Notes: generated by a model not told the origin, from the sequence alone. Shown: positions 47,937-60,540, counted from the first letter of the stretch. The stretch: 64,000 nt of DNA from Bacillota bacterium (GCA_021797815.1 JAJZYZ010000005.1:10469-74468); one strand, 5' to 3'. Numbers and translations are program-made.

Positions 47937-50790
47937 GAACGCCATCGTCGTCCGCGGCGCGCGTCAGCATAACCTGAAAAACATCGACGTCGAGATTCCC
48001 CGCGACCGGCTGGTCGTGATCACCGGTGTGTCCGGGTCCGGAAAGTCGTCTCTGGCGTTCGATACGATATACGCCGAGGGCCAGCGCCGATATGTGGAGT
48101 CCCTCTCTTCGTACGCCCGGCAGTTTCTCGGTCAGATGGACAAACCGGACGTGGATGCCATCGAGGGCCTGTCACCGGCGATCTCGATCGATCAGAAGAC
48201 GACTTCCCATAACCCCCGTTCCACGGTAGGTACCGTCACCGAGATCTATGACTACCTGCGCCTTCTATACGCGCGTGTGGGTCGTCCCCACTGCCCGCAG
48301 TGCGGTCGTCCGGTGAGTCAGCAGACGGTGGACCAGATGGTGGACCGGGTCCTGGAGCTTCCCGAGGGAAGCCGCCTCGAGGTGCGGGCACCGCTGGTGC
48401 GCGGCCGCAAGGGCACGCACGAAAAAGTGATCGCGGATCTGATCCGACAGGGCTTCACCCGCGCCCGGGTCGATGGGGAGCTGTACGCCGTCGAGGAGAT
48501 TCCGGCGCTGCCCAAGAACAAGAAACACAGTATCTCGGCCGTAGTCGACCGGGTCATAGTGCGGTCTGACGCCCGGTCTCGCCTGGCGGAGTCAATCGAG
48601 CAGGGGCTCGAGCTGTCCGGGGGTACGGTCGAGCTGCAGGAGCCGGACACGGGTGAGCCGATGCTGTTCGGACGGGACCTTTCGTGTCCGGAGTGCGGCA
48701 TATCCCTCGAGGAGCTCACCCCTCGCCTCTTCTCGTTCAATGCCCCCTACGGGGCCTGTCCCGCCTGTACCGGACTCGGGTTCCGGATGGAACTTGACGT
48801 GGATCTTATCGTGCCAGACCAGGAGCGAACCATTACGGGCGGTGCCGTGGCCCCTTTCTTTGTCTCGTCCTCCCGCTTCTATCCGGACCTCCTGGAGGCC
48901 GTATGCCGGCAGTTCGGAATTCCGATTGATCAGCCCTGGCGGTCTCTCACGCCTGACCAGCAGGAGATCGTGCTGCGCGGGGCGCCCGAAGAGACGCCGT
49001 TTGAATTTGAGACGGCATTTGGCCGCCATCGCCGTCAGTTCATCCGTTATAACGGCGTCATCCCGATCCTGGAGCGGCGGTACCGGGAGACAGACAGCGA
49101 GAGCCAGAAGGCGGAGATCCAGGAGTACATGCGCGAGGTGCCGTGCCCGGTCTGCGAAGGACGGCGGTTGAAGCCGGCCGTGCTGGCGGTTCTGGTCGGC
49201 GGCCTGTCCATCTCGGCGCTCACGGATCTGTCGATCGTGGAGGCGCGAGGATTTGTCCACGGACTTCAACTCACAGAGCGGGAGACCACCATAGCCCGTC
49301 CTATCTTAAAAGAGATTGGAGAGCGTCTGGGGTTTCTGGTGGACGTCGGGTTGGGCTACCTTACGCTCTCCAGGGCCGCGGGGTCCCTCTCCGGCGGGGA
49401 GGCGCAGCGCATCCGCCTTGCCACCCAGATCGGCTCCTCACTGGTGGGCGTCCTCTACATTCTTGACGAGCCGTCGATCGGGCTGCATCAGCGCGACAAC
49501 CAGAAGCTCATTGCGACTCTGAAGCGCCTTCGCGACCTCGGCAACACCGTCCTGGTTGTCGAGCACGACGAGGAGACCATGCGATCGGCCGACTGGCTCA
49601 TCGACATGGGGCCGGGTCCGGGGATTTATGGGGGCGAGGTGGTGGCCGCGGGCACGCCCGAATCGGTGGAGGGACACGCCCAGAGCCTCACCGGCCGCTA
49701 TCTGTCGCGACAGCGGACGATTCCGGTGCCGGAGAATCGGCGTACGCCCGATGGACGCTGGCTTACGGTGGCAGGGGCCGAGGCGCACAACTTGAAGAAC
49801 ATCACCGTGAAGATTCCCCTGGGACTGTTCGTGGCCGTGACCGGCGTTTCGGGGTCCGGCAAGAGCACGCTTGTCAACGACATCATTCGACGGCGCCTGG
49901 AGATGGAGTTGAACGGGGCCCGCAATCGGCGTCCGGGCGCCCATCAGCACATGGAAGGCCAGGACGCGCTCGACAAGATCATCCCGATTGATCAGAGCCC
50001 GATTGGCCGCACGCCGCGATCCAACCCCGCCACCTACACGGGCGCATTTGATCTGGTGCGGGAACTCTTCTCTATCACACCGGAGGCCAATCTGCGCGGG
50101 TTCAAGCCGGGCCGATTCTCGTTCAACGTGCGCGGCGGGCGTTGTGAGGCGTGTCGAGGTGACGGGATCCTCAAGATCGAGATGCACTTTCTGCCCGACG
50201 TCTACGTGCCCTGTGAAGTCTGCAAAGGCAAGCGCTACAATCGGGAGACGCTGGAGGTGCATTACCGGGGCAAGAACATCGCCGAGGTCCTCGACATGAC
50301 GGTGGACGAGGGGGTGGACTTTTTCCGGGCCGTGCCCCGCCTGTATCGCAAGCTGAAGACGTTGGAAGAGGTGGGTCTCGGCTATATTCATCTCGGGCAG
50401 CCGGCCACGACCCTGTCGGGCGGGGAGGCTCAACGCGTGAAGCTGGCGACGGAACTGTCACGTCGCTCCGACGGACGGACCCTCTATATCCTCGACGAGC
50501 CCACGACCGGCCTTCACAGCGAGGACATCGCCCATCTGCTGCGCGTCCTGGAACGCCTGGTGGAGCAGGGCGACACGGTGTTGGTCATTGAGCACAACCT
50601 CGACGTCGTGAAGACAGCCGACTTCCTGATAGACCTCGGTCCGGAGGGCGGGGATGAGGGCGGGCGTGTGATTGCCTCCGGGACGCCGGAGGAGGTGGCC
50701 GAAAACGCGTGCTCCTTCACGGGCCAGTTTCTGCGGCCCTATCTGGAGGCGGGACGTCAGGAACCGCAAGCTTATGAGTCACGACGCTGA
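47929..50790 (+). CDS. uvrA: Excinuclease ABC subunit A
   Basis: Two ABC modules ([12 protein letters not shown] and [12 protein letters not shown]; [12 protein letters not shown] and [12 protein letters not shown]) and zinc modules ([18 protein letters not shown]). Confidence 0.97.
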   Translation: MPKNAIVVRGARQHNLKNIDVEIPRDRLVVITGVSGSGKSSLAFDTIYAEGQRRYVESLSSYARQFLGQMDKPDVDAIEGLSPAISIDQKTTSHNPRSTVGTVTEIYDYLRLLYARVGRPHCPQCGRPVSQQTVDQMVDRVLELPEGSRLEVRAPLVRGRKGTHEKVIADLIRQGFTRARVDGELYAVEEIPALPKNKKHSISAVVDRVIVRSDARSRLAESIEQGLELSGGTVELQEPDTGEPMLFGRDLSCPECGISLEELTPRLFSFNAPYGACPACTGLGFRMELDVDLIVPDQERTITGGAVAPFFVSSSRFYPDLLEAVCRQFGIPIDQPWRSLTPDQQEIVLRGAPEETPFEFETAFGRHRRQFIRYNGVIPILERRYRETDSESQKAEIQEYMREVPCPVCEGRRLKPAVLAVLVGGLSISALTDLSIVEARGFVHGLQLTERETTIARPILKEIGERLGFLVDVGLGYLTLSRAAGSLSGGEAQRIRLATQIGSSLVGVLYILDEPSIGLHQRDNQKLIATLKRLRDLGNTVLVVEHDEETMRSADWLIDMGPGPGIYGGEVVAAGTPESVEGHAQSLTGRYLSRQRTIPVPENRRTPDGRWLTVAGAEAHNLKNITVKIPLGLFVAVTGVSGSGKSTLVNDIIRRRLEMELNGARNRRPGAHQHMEGQDALDKIIPIDQSPIGRTPRSNPATYTGAFDLVRELFSITPEANLRGFKPGRFSFNVRGGRCEACRGDGILKIEMHFLPDVYVPCEVCKGKRYNRETLEVHYRGKNIAEVLDMTVDEGVDFFRAVPRLYRKLKTLEEVGLGYIHLGQPATTLSGGEAQRVKLATELSRRSDGRTLYILDEPTTGLHSEDIAHLLRVLERLVEQGDTVLVIEHNLDVVKTADFLIDLGPEGGDEGGRVIASGTPEEVAENACSFTGQFLRPYLEAGRQEPQAYESRR

Positions 50791-52630
50791 GCTTCTGGCC
50801 AGGGTCCGCAATCTGCCGGAGCGGCCGGGCGTGTACCTGATGCGGGATGCCGACGGGACCATTCTCTACATCGGCAAGGCCCTGTCCCTGCGAGCACGTG
50901 TCCGGTCTTATTTCCAGGATCCCGACCGGCTAGCGACCAAGGTCGCGGCCCTCATGCGCCACGTGACCGACCTTGAGGTGATTGTCACCGATACCGAGGT
51001 GGAGGCTCTCATCCTGGAGGCCACGCTGGTGAAGCGCCACCAGCCGAAGTACAACATCCAGCTGAAGGACGACAAGGCCTACCCCTATCTGCGCATTACG
51101 TGGGAGGAATCGTTTCCCCGTCTGCTGGTGGCAAGGCGGCCCGCCGACGACGGCGGGCGCTACTTCGGCCCCTTCCCCCGCGCCGGCGTGGTGCGGGAGA
51201 CCATCCGGCTCCTCCGCCGCGTCTTTCCCATCCGCAACTGCAGCAACCAGAAGTTCAAGACCACGCCCCGGCCATGCCTCGAGCATCATATCGGACGGTG
51301 TCAGGCACCTTGCCACAACCTGGTCAGTCGTGAGGAGTACCGGGCAACCATAAAGCGGGTGGAGCGTCTTCTGGACGGCCATGGGGATGAGGTCATCGAT
51401 GACCTGCGAGAGCGGCTGGAAGCTGCGGCCGCCGCCCTGGAGTTTGAGAAGGCGGCCGAGCTGCGTGATCAGCTGAAGGCGGTGCAGGCCTTCACGGCCC
51501 CCCAGAAGGTGGCGTCGACAGCCGGCCGGGAGCTTGATGCCGTCCACTGGGCGGTCTTCGGCCCGATGGCGCTGGTGCACGTCTTTACCGTCCGCGACGG
51601 GCGGCTCATCGGCCGCCAGCAACTGGAGCTCAAAGGGGTCGAGGATTGGAATGAGGCGGAGGTGGCGCACGCTTTCCTGACCCAGTACTACCAGAACGCG
51701 CGGAGCGTGCCGAAGGAAGTCCTGGTGCCGGTGGCGCCTGAAGACCAGACCGCGATGGCCCGGTGGCTTTCCGAGCGCCGCGGCGGGGTTGTGCGGGTCA
51801 CGGTGCCGCAGCGTGGCGAAAAGGCCCGGCTTCTGGCGATGGTGGGGCAGAATGCGGAGTGGGCCCGCGACGAGGCCCGTCGGCGGCTCGCGATCAAAGA
51901 GGATGATCGCGAGTCCGCCCTGCTTGGCATCCAGCACACCCTGGGTCTCGATGCCCGCCCGCGGCGCATGGAGTGCTACGACATCTCCAACACCCAGGGA
52001 ACCGAGTCGGTGGCCTCGATGGTAGTGTTTACCGACGGGCGCCCCGACAAGTCTCAGTACCGCCGATTCAAGATCCGGACCGTCGAGGGGCCAGACGACT
52101 TCCGGTCCATGGCGGAGGTGATACGCCGGCGGTTCACCCACCGAGAGCTTGCCGAACAGCAGCTCCGCCCGGATCTGAAGCGCTTTGCGGAGTTTCCTGA
52201 CCTGGTCATCGTGGACGGGGGCCGGGGACAGCTATCGGCGGCCTTTGAGGTGCTGCAGGAGATTGGTGTCAACGTCCCCATCTTCGGACTGGCCAAGCAG
52301 CATGAGTGGCTGTTTGAGCCCCGCTCGCCAGAGCCCATCGTGCTGGACTGGGACGGGGCGGCCCTAAAGCTCCTGCGCCACCTTCGGGACGAGGCTCACC
52401 GGTTCGCCATCACATTTCATCGGCAGCTGCGCACCCGGCGAAACCTGCGCTCGCTATTGGACGACATCCCCGGCATCGGGCCCAAGCGCAAGCGGGCGCT
52501 TCTGGCCGCTTACCCGAACCTCGATGCCATCCGCAAGGCCAGCGGCGAGGAGCTGGCGCTGGTGCCCGGAATGACGTCAACGGCGGCCGAGGCGGTCGCC
52601 CACTACTTTCAGACGGAGAAAAGCTCATGA
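50774..52630 (+). CDS. uvrC: Excinuclease ABC subunit C
   Basis: GIY-YIG ([19 protein letters not shown]), UVR domain ([12 protein letters not shown]), endonuclease V region and HhH ([13 protein letters not shown]). ATG 50774 overlaps uvrA by 17 nt. Confidence 0.95.
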   Translation: MSHDAELLARVRNLPERPGVYLMRDADGTILYIGKALSLRARVRSYFQDPDRLATKVAALMRHVTDLEVIVTDTEVEALILEATLVKRHQPKYNIQLKDDKAYPYLRITWEESFPRLLVARRPADDGGRYFGPFPRAGVVRETIRLLRRVFPIRNCSNQKFKTTPRPCLEHHIGRCQAPCHNLVSREEYRATIKRVERLLDGHGDEVIDDLRERLEAAAAALEFEKAAELRDQLKAVQAFTAPQKVASTAGRELDAVHWAVFGPMALVHVFTVRDGRLIGRQQLELKGVEDWNEAEVAHAFLTQYYQNARSVPKEVLVPVAPEDQTAMARWLSERRGGVVRVTVPQRGEKARLLAMVGQNAEWARDEARRRLAIKEDDRESALLGIQHTLGLDARPRRMECYDISNTQGTESVASMVVFTDGRPDKSQYRRFKIRTVEGPDDFRSMAEVIRRRFTHRELAEQQLRPDLKRFAEFPDLVIVDGGRGQLSAAFEVLQEIGVNVPIFGLAKQHEWLFEPRSPEPIVLDWDGAALKLLRHLRDEAHRFAITFHRQLRTRRNLRSLLDDIPGIGPKRKRALLAAYPNLDAIRKASGEELALVPGMTSTAAEAVAHYFQTEKSS

Positions 52631-52965
52631 AGCGCCGATTCTGGGTATTTGTCGCCACGGCCGTGACGCTCCTCCTGCTGACCCGGCTTCATCTAGGCAT
52701 CGGCGCCACCGGCATCTTGCCGGCCGTATGGGCGGCCCTCATCCTGGGGCTCTTCAACCTCCTCGGGCGCCCGGTGGTACGGTGCCTCACGCTGCCCTTC
52801 AACATCCTGACCCTGGGCCTCTTCGGGCTCGTGGTGTCGGCCCTGGTCCTCTGGGCCACGACAGCGTTTGTGCCCGGATTCTACGTCAACGGCTTCGTAC
52901 CGGCGCTCTTGGGTGCCGTCATCTTAGGTTTAGTCTCGGGGGTGGCAGGTTGGGCAGCCAAGTAG
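52627..52965 (+). CDS. DUF360 / phage-holin-4-like small membrane protein (YvlD-like)
   Basis: 112 aa, 3-4 TM. LGLFNLLGRPVVRCLTLPFNILTLGLFGLVVSALVLW. ATG overlaps the uvrC stop (ATGA). Confidence 0.75.
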   Translation: MKRRFWVFVATAVTLLLLTRLHLGIGATGILPAVWAALILGLFNLLGRPVVRCLTLPFNILTLGLFGLVVSALVLWATTAFVPGFYVNGFVPALLGAVILGLVSGVAGWAAK

Positions 52966-52970
52966 GGCCG

Positions 52971-53801
52971 ATGGAGCTTGTGGCTATTGATCTGGATGGG
53001 ACGGCGATGCGGGCGGGCGACCTGATATCGGAACCCGTGCGGGCGGCCATCCGGGCGGTGCAGGATCGGGGCATGCGGGTCATGCTGGCTACCGGCCGCA
53101 TGGTGCAGTCGGCGGCGCTTTACAGCCAGGACCTGAAGCTCGAACCGGGTCCGGCCATCTGTTACAACGGTGCGGCGGTAGCAGAGCTGCCCGCCATGCA
53201 TTTCTGGTTTCGGGAGACCTTGCCGGACGTAGCCGCGCGCGCACTCGTCACGCGCCTGGTGGCGGACGATTACCTGGTGCAGGTGTACGTAGGCCTCGAG
53301 ATATGGGCCAGCCGGGAGGACGCGCGCGTGCGGCGCTACGTGGAGCGCAATCATGTCGCAGCCTGGGTGCGCGGTGCGGCGGAGATTGTCGAGTGGCCGG
53401 AGCCGCCTATCAAGGTCCTGGTTCAGGACACGTCGCCACGTCTGGCCGGACTCCGTCGCGAGTTGGAGGAGGAGGGGGTGCCGGGCATGCGGCTCGTGGA
53501 GTCCCAGTCCGACTACCTGGAGGTGCTGGCCGAACGGACCGGCAAAGGCCGGGCCCTTGCACACGTGGCCGGGCGCCTTCAGATTCCCCGCGAGCGGGTC
53601 ATGGCGGTGGGGGATGGCGAGAATGACGCGGACATGCTGACCTTCGCCGGTCTGGGGGTAGCCATGGGCCAGGGGCATCCGGCCGCGAAGGCGGCCGCGG
53701 ACATCATCGCGCCGCCCGTGGAGGAGGATGGCCTCGCGTGGGCACTTCAGCGGCTCTTGCAACCGTCGGGAAGCTCGGTCCCGGGTGGCGCCCGCGCGTG
53801 A
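52971..53801 (+). CDS. Cof-type HAD-IIB phosphatase
   Basis: VAIDLDGT, MLATGR, GDGENDADML. Confidence 0.85.
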   Translation: MELVAIDLDGTAMRAGDLISEPVRAAIRAVQDRGMRVMLATGRMVQSAALYSQDLKLEPGPAICYNGAAVAELPAMHFWFRETLPDVAARALVTRLVADDYLVQVYVGLEIWASREDARVRRYVERNHVAAWVRGAAEIVEWPEPPIKVLVQDTSPRLAGLRRELEEEGVPGMRLVESQSDYLEVLAERTGKGRALAHVAGRLQIPRERVMAVGDGENDADMLTFAGLGVAMGQGHPAAKAAADIIAPPVEEDGLAWALQRLLQPSGSSVPGGARA

Positions 53802-53883
53802 CGAGGAGACTGCCCCCGGGTTTCCGCCCTCGTTTCAATGGCGTGGACCATGCACGGCGGATAAGTCAGGAGGGAGGACCGAT

Positions 53884-54282
53884 ATGCGGCTCGGCATCGA
53901 GGGAGTGGGCCAGATCGGGATTGGCGTCCGGGATCTGACGCGCGCGGTAGGTTTTTATCGCGACACACTGGGTCTTGCCTTCCTGTTCGAGACAGAGACG
54001 ATGGCGTTTTTCGACTGCGGTGGGGTCCGCCTGATGCTGGCCCTGCCCGAGCGGGAAGGAGTGGACCCCACCTCGCCCACCATCTACTACCGGGTGACCG
54101 ACATCGATGCCGCCTATTCGGGGCTCCGCGCCGCTGGCGTGGAACCGGCCGATGTGGGGGGCACGGGCGCACCCCATCTGGTGTACACGGTGGACGGAAT
54201 GGACGGGTATATGTGCTTTGTCCGGGATACGGAGGGCAATCTGGTCGCCCTTATGAGTGAAGTGCCGGCCGCCTCTTCGTGA
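53884..54282 (+). CDS. VOC/glyoxalase-family protein
   Basis: QIGIGVRDLTRAVGFYRDTLGLAF...FVRDTEGNLVALM. SD AGGAGGGAGG. Confidence 0.8.
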   Translation: MRLGIEGVGQIGIGVRDLTRAVGFYRDTLGLAFLFETETMAFFDCGGVRLMLALPEREGVDPTSPTIYYRVTDIDAAYSGLRAAGVEPADVGGTGAPHLVYTVDGMDGYMCFVRDTEGNLVALMSEVPAASS

Positions 54283-54352
54283 TCGCCCCGGCCGTGCGAC
54301 GATCCCTGGCGCGCTGAGGCTCCCCTGAACGGTCGGGACTGACCGAAAGTGA

Positions 54353-55426
<1,074 letters not shown>

Positions 55427-55669
55427 CCGGTAGCGGGACCGGGCCGAGAGGCTCTCAGTCCGCCAGGTGCTGGTTTATTGACGGCCGTCGACCTCTTCGC
55501 CGCGACGGCGCGCCCGGGGGCGTGCTGGATATCCGGGACGCCGTTTTCCCCGATCCCGGAATTCGATCGGGCGCCGCCCCGCCACCTGCTTAAAATCCGC
55601 CCTGGGACCTATGCCGCGGCGTTCACGCCCCGAGTAGTGTGGAGAGCAAATAGGCCAGGGAGGGATATC

Positions 55670-57415
55670 GTGCAGCCATTGACCAGCCCCAAGATGGTCG
55701 ACACGGGGGTCCACGCCGCCGATCTGAAAGACGGCGGGCACCGAGTGATAACTGTCGGCCGCATGCCGCTTATGCTGATCCGCGCCGGAGATCAGATCGA
55801 GGCCATGGACTCGCGCTGCCCGCACATGGGCTATCCCCTGACCAAGGGCACGGTCGAGGACGGCATTCTCCGCTGCCACTGGCATCACTGGCGCTTTGAC
55901 GTCCAGTCGGGCGGCTGTTTTACGGCCGGGGGAGATGACGTCCCCACGTACGACGTCGAGATCGACGACGAAGGGTGCATCTACGTCTCTGAAACCCCCC
56001 GCGGCTCTTCCGCGGACTCCATAATGCGGCACGCCTGGACCCGCATGGAGGAAGGCATCCGTGAGAATCGATCGTTTCTGCGGGCCCGGTCCCTGGTTAC
56101 CCTCGCCGGCGAAGGCGTGACGCCGGCCGTGACGGCCGACCATGCCGCCCGCATCGCGCTTCTCTACAGTCGGGCCGGCGTGTCCTCGGGGTTGGTCGTG
56201 CTGACGGCCGTCCTGAACGTCCTGGACGCGGTTCCGCTCGAGTCGGAGCAGCGGGTGCTGGGTCTCGTCCACGCCCTGCGCCATATTGCCGGGGATATCT
56301 CGGCCCGCACGCCAAAGCGGCCGGAGCTTCGACTGCCGGATCCGGCTCCCGACCGTGAGCGATTGAAGGGCTGGTTTCTTGACTTTCTGGAGGAGCGGGA
56401 GACGGCCGGCGCGGAGCGATGTCTGCGCACGCTTCTCTACGAGGAGGGAACGGTGGAGGAGGCGCTCCGGTGGCTCCTGGTCGCCGCGAGCCGCCACGTG
56501 TTCTTGTCGACCGGCCATGTCCTGGACTTTCTCAACAAGGCCCGGGAGCTATCCCATCACCTGCGGGCCGAGCCGGCGACCGTGACCGAGGTGCTGGTGG
56601 GCATGCTGATGCCCATCGCCGACGGATTCCGGCATGAAGAGGATCTTGACTGGCAGGAGCTCCTGCCCCTTCTTGATGACGCTGAGGCGGCTCCGGCCGC
56701 GGCGCCTCCGCTCACCATGAACGTCCTCCTGGGTGATGACCCCGGCGCCATCGCCCGCTCCCTCGCGGGAGCGTTCCACAACGGGGTGCCGGTGGCCGAC
56801 CTGGCCAGGCTGCAGGCCGAAGCGGCCGTGCGGCGGCTCGGGCGTTTTCCGGTCGCCAATGCAGACGACTGGGATGCCGTGCATCATCTGGTGACGAACG
56901 CGAACGGCGTGCTGGGACTCGCGGAGGCGCTGGGCGGCCGCGACCCCGAAACGGACCGCGCGCTCTACCGCGCCGTCTTGCATTCCGCCTTCTACGGATA
57001 TCTGAACCGGTTCCTTAACCTGCCCCGGCACTACCTGCCGGGCGAGAACCGGGCCGTCGTCCGCCCCGACGATGCGGCGGCGACCCGGGCGGGCTGGACG
57101 GAGGCGATGGCCAACGGTCAGACCGATGCCGCGGCCGCCCGCGCCGCGGAAATGCTCACGGTGTCCCCGGCGGCGGAGGTGGAAGACACGTGGGTGCGCG
57201 CCGTCTGGCGTGAGGACGCGGGCTTTCATGCCATGCAGGCGCTTGACGCCGCGCTGAGCCTCGAGAGGCGCCTCGGTGGGCGGCTCGACGGCCCCTGGCC
57301 GCTTCTAGCCGGAATCCGCTTCACCACCGCCCAGCGTGACCGCCGGCTCGTGCAATGGGAGACAGAGACGGCATTCAAGCTCGCCCGCGGTGAGCATCTG
57401 GTCGATCCGGAGTAG
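55670..57415 (+). CDS. Rieske [2Fe-2S] domain protein fused to a ~470-aa helical domain of unknown function
   Basis: CPHMGYPL...CHWHHWRF Rieske ligands in the first ~100 aa. I recognise nothing in the remainder. GTG 55670 follows AGGGAGGGA. Confidence 0.72.
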   Translation: MQPLTSPKMVDTGVHAADLKDGGHRVITVGRMPLMLIRAGDQIEAMDSRCPHMGYPLTKGTVEDGILRCHWHHWRFDVQSGGCFTAGGDDVPTYDVEIDDEGCIYVSETPRGSSADSIMRHAWTRMEEGIRENRSFLRARSLVTLAGEGVTPAVTADHAARIALLYSRAGVSSGLVVLTAVLNVLDAVPLESEQRVLGLVHALRHIAGDISARTPKRPELRLPDPAPDRERLKGWFLDFLEERETAGAERCLRTLLYEEGTVEEALRWLLVAASRHVFLSTGHVLDFLNKARELSHHLRAEPATVTEVLVGMLMPIADGFRHEEDLDWQELLPLLDDAEAAPAAAPPLTMNVLLGDDPGAIARSLAGAFHNGVPVADLARLQAEAAVRRLGRFPVANADDWDAVHHLVTNANGVLGLAEALGGRDPETDRALYRAVLHSAFYGYLNRFLNLPRHYLPGENRAVVRPDDAAATRAGWTEAMANGQTDAAAARAAEMLTVSPAAEVEDTWVRAVWREDAGFHAMQALDAALSLERRLGGRLDGPWPLLAGIRFTTAQRDRRLVQWETETAFKLARGEHLVDPE

Positions 57416-57467
57416 ATTGGCGGCGCCGGTAACATCCTGCCGCCTCTATCCGTTCTGGCTAGCGGTG

Positions 57468-58355
57468 ATGCAGATGCGCACGCGGATAAGACGACTCGGA
57501 TGGATGGTCTGGGTAATCCTGGGCGGCGCCCTCCTGCTGGTCGGAGCGGCGCTTCTCGGCGGACTGTCAGCGCCGACCCAGGTTGCCGGATCCGTGGCGG
57601 CGGGAACGACGCCCCAGGGGATGCTGGGCCCGAAAGCGGAGCCGGCCGGCAAAGCCACGGTGCCGCAGGCGGTCTACAGCCCCGCCGCCTCTGGACGGCA
57701 GGTGATTGAACAGGGATCGGTGAGCCTCGAGGTGTCCAGCGTCGGCCGCGCCATGGACCTTTTGACGGCGCGCACGGCGTCGGCCGGGGGCTATGTCGCG
57801 TCATCGTCCATGAATGGCTCCGGAGCCTCGACGATGGGGTACCTGACGCTGCGGGTTCCGGCCAGGGTGTTCCCGGGGTTTCTTGGTGACGTCGCGCGCA
57901 TGGGGCACGTGACGGGCGAGACCCAGTCGGGAACAGACGTCACGGGAGAGGTCAACAATCTCGCCGTCGAGATAGGCGCCACCCGCTCGGAGATTGCCGG
58001 CTATGAGCAGCTCTACCAGAAGGCATCCACTATGTCCGCGCTCCTGCAGATTGAGCAGGCGCTCACGCAGGCGGAGGCGAACCTACTCTATCTCGAACAG
58101 CAAGCGGCCGGCCTCCATCAGCAGGTTCAGCTCGCGACCATCACTGTCACGTTGACGCCGGTGCCGGTCGTGGCCGCAGGGCGAGGCATAAAGGTAGGCG
58201 CGGTCTTTAGGGGCTCGCTCGCGACGATGTTGAGCGCGGGCCGACTCCTCCTCGCCGGCCTGGTGTGGGTGGCGCCGTGGGCGGTCGTGGCCGCCGCGGT
58301 GACGGCGGTGGTGATGTGGTGGAGGCGGAGACGGCCGGCGCGGCTCCTCTCCTAG
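57468..58355 (+). CDS. DUF4349-like membrane/secreted protein
   Basis: N-terminal TM, coiled-coil middle (LAVEIGATRSEIAGYEQLYQKASTMSALLQIEQALTQAEANLLYLEQQ), C-terminal TM pair. Confidence 0.72.
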   Translation: MQMRTRIRRLGWMVWVILGGALLLVGAALLGGLSAPTQVAGSVAAGTTPQGMLGPKAEPAGKATVPQAVYSPAASGRQVIEQGSVSLEVSSVGRAMDLLTARTASAGGYVASSSMNGSGASTMGYLTLRVPARVFPGFLGDVARMGHVTGETQSGTDVTGEVNNLAVEIGATRSEIAGYEQLYQKASTMSALLQIEQALTQAEANLLYLEQQAAGLHQQVQLATITVTLTPVPVVAAGRGIKVGAVFRGSLATMLSAGRLLLAGLVWVAPWAVVAAAVTAVVMWWRRRRPARLLS

Positions 58356-58918
58356 ACCACTCCCTGACGGGCCTGGGAGCGGGTGATGGGCGCATAGGCG
58401 ACCTCGAACGGGAAATAGAGGAGTGGGTCGATCGCCATGGCGATGCCGTGGTCCGATACCTCACGCTTCAGACCGGCGATCGAGAACTCGCCCAGGACCT
58501 GGCGCAGGAAACGTTTGCCCGCCTGTACGAGTTTCGAGCCGCGCATCCCGAACGCACGCTCGCGGTGTCATGGTTGTACACGGTGGCCCGGCGGCTCGCC
58601 ATCGATCACTGGCGCGCTGCCCGGGCCCGCCCGCAGACGGCCCTTTGGGACGCGTCGCTGGGCGCCGATGATCCCGCCGAGGAGGCCGTCGCGATCCGGC
58701 AGCAGGTAGCGTCGATCTTGACCCGGATGCCGAGGGGAGAGAGGCAGTGCCTCGTCCTCTTCTATATTGAGGACTGGCCGCTCGACAGGATAGCGCGAGA
58801 GCTGGGCCTGTCGCCGGTGGGGGTGCGGGTCCGGCTGCACCGGGCGCGGGGACGTTTCCGGGGACTATGGAACGACGAGGAGCGGGAGGAGGGCACGGGC
58901 CGTGGGCCACGATCCTGA
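58316..58918 (+). CDS. ECF-type sigma-70 family factor
   Basis: Region 2 (DLAQETFARLYEF, WLYTVARRLAIDHWR) and region 4 (RQCLVLFYIEDWPLDRIARELGLSPVGVRVRLHRAR). The start must overlap the upstream gene (GTG 58316 or 58319). Confidence 0.8.
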   Translation: MVEAETAGAAPLLDHSLTGLGAGDGRIGDLEREIEEWVDRHGDAVVRYLTLQTGDRELAQDLAQETFARLYEFRAAHPERTLAVSWLYTVARRLAIDHWRAARARPQTALWDASLGADDPAEEAVAIRQQVASILTRMPRGERQCLVLFYIEDWPLDRIARELGLSPVGVRVRLHRARGRFRGLWNDEEREEGTGRGPRS

Positions 58919-59597
58919 GACCGACACCTTAAAAGAATGGTTTCGGCGCCGATTCGACCCGCTGACCGGGCGCTCGCGCCCCTTTGACCGCGAGCGGTTC
59001 TGGTCCCGAACCGTTCCGGCCCTGCCGGGGCGGCGCCGTCCCAGTCGCTTCGGCCTGCGTGCAGCCGCGGCGGCGGCGGTTACGGCCGCCTTGCTCGTTG
59101 GAGGCGGGTTTGTGGCCGCCGGCCTCCTGCACAACGGGGGCATAGGCTCGACGGCGATTGCCGGTCCGGCGGCCGCGGCCAAGCCCGTTCACCACGCGAC
59201 GGCCGCCCTGGAGTCGCTGGCGGGGCTCCTGCCGCAGGGGGCAAGCCGGATCGCGCTCACCGAACGGACCGGGACGGCTCATCGCAGCATTATCATCACG
59301 GGTGCTCACGACATCGCGGTGCTGACGTCGGAACTCGGCCGGGCGGCGGTCATCGGACCGGGCGTGTACCACTGCCCGGCCGCCACGCTGCCGGAAACCG
59401 AAGACACGTTTCGGTTTGTCTACCCCTCAGGTCAGGTGGTCACGGTCAACTGGCTCCAGGCGGGTTGCTCGTGGCTCACGGCGGTCAGGGGGTCAAACCC
59501 CCGCGCGGTCACGCCGGGAGTCGCCGGGCGCAACACGTTCCTCGCCCCTACCGGACTGCAGTCGGAAGTTAAGCTCGCGTTTCAGTTCCAGAAGTAA
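58902..59597 (+). CDS. Putative anti-sigma / single-pass membrane protein
   Basis: Overlaps the sigma stop. Cytoplasmic N-terminus, one TM (AAAAVTAALLVGGGFVAAGLL), extracytoplasmic domain. Assigned by position only. Confidence 0.5.
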   Translation: MGHDPETDTLKEWFRRRFDPLTGRSRPFDRERFWSRTVPALPGRRRPSRFGLRAAAAAAVTAALLVGGGFVAAGLLHNGGIGSTAIAGPAAAAKPVHHATAALESLAGLLPQGASRIALTERTGTAHRSIIITGAHDIAVLTSELGRAAVIGPGVYHCPAATLPETEDTFRFVYPSGQVVTVNWLQAGCSWLTAVRGSNPRAVTPGVAGRNTFLAPTGLQSEVKLAFQFQK

Positions 59598-59657
59598 AGA
59601 CGGCTGCCCGACGGTGGCCTCCTGCATGACCATGAGCGGGGCGGGGACGCGCCTTTA

Positions 59658-60191
59658 TTACGGAGAGTGCCCGGGGTCTTTGATTCCCCGTTGGAGGGCG
59701 GCACTAGGGACGCGCCGGTTGAGCGCCCGTACGATATCGTTCCGGACGATGAGAACCGCCGCCACGAGCGATTCCGTGGTGCTGTCGAGGGCCGAAGCCC
59801 GGAGCGCGTCCGCGGCCTCGTCGAGGCGGTCGACCGCCTGGAGCAGCCGGGCCCAGTCGGGCACGAAGCCCTGTTCTTTGAGGATCTTCTGCACGAGAAA
59901 ATCAGGCCCGGCTTTCAGGTACTCCGGGTCCAGCGGTTTTCCCATTCCCGGTAGATGCTCGAACTCGCCCTCGCGCATGGCCTGGTCAATGGCAGACTCA
60001 ATGCGCCCGTCCGGCGGAGCCGGTACTGACTCCGGCACGGCCTTTGGCTGAGAAGGCTTTTCGCGACGCGGTTTAAAGATGCCCACGGCCATCTCCTCTG
60101 GGTGACTGGGCTGGAGTCCAATGCTTCTGGCGCGAGTGGGATTGGGGCTCCGGCATCCGACCCGGCTCCGGTTAGACGTCTTTGACGTCAA
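59658..60191 (-). CDS. DUF1992 (DnaJ-C28-like) protein
   Basis: IESAIDQAMREGEFEHLPGMGKPLD. Start uncertain (ATG 60191 or ATG 60092). Confidence 0.7.
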   Translation of the reverse strand: MTSKTSNRSRVGCRSPNPTRARSIGLQPSHPEEMAVGIFKPRREKPSQPKAVPESVPAPPDGRIESAIDQAMREGEFEHLPGMGKPLDPEYLKAGPDFLVQKILKEQGFVPDWARLLQAVDRLDEAADALRASALDSTTESLVAAVLIVRNDIVRALNRRVPSAALQRGIKDPGHSP

Positions 60192-60375
60192 ACAGGCGGT
60201 GGTACAGCTGGAGGAGGCCCAGGCCCAAGGCTTGACCGGCGAGAAGGGAGATCGCCATCTGTGCGATGATCAGGCGGCCGTGGAAAGGCTCGAGCGCGTT
60301 CCAGGCAAAGAAGATGATTGCCCCCAGGAGCATAGCCGCGCCGACGCTGTTTCGGAAGCCGCCCATCCCCAACAT
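60172..60375 (-). CDS. Small hypothetical 2-TM membrane protein
   Basis: MLGMGGFRNSVGAAMLLGAIIFFAW...AISLLAGQALGLGLL. ATG 60375 lies 6 nt after GGGGAGGGA. Confidence 0.4.
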   Translation of the reverse strand: MLGMGGFRNSVGAAMLLGAIIFFAWNALEPFHGRLIIAQMAISLLAGQALGLGLLQLYHRLFDVKDV

Positions 60376-60540
60376 CGGCGGTCCCTCCCCGATAGTCTGT
60401 TCCTGCCGGATCTTGCCATTGACTCTACGGGACGGTCGTCTTGGCGTCTTGTCGGCGCGGTTGCCGTTGAGGACGGTGATGCGGGCGGGGAAACCGGCCT
60501 GCCCGTCTCCGGCCACCTTGTGACGCGACGTTCGGGTTCG

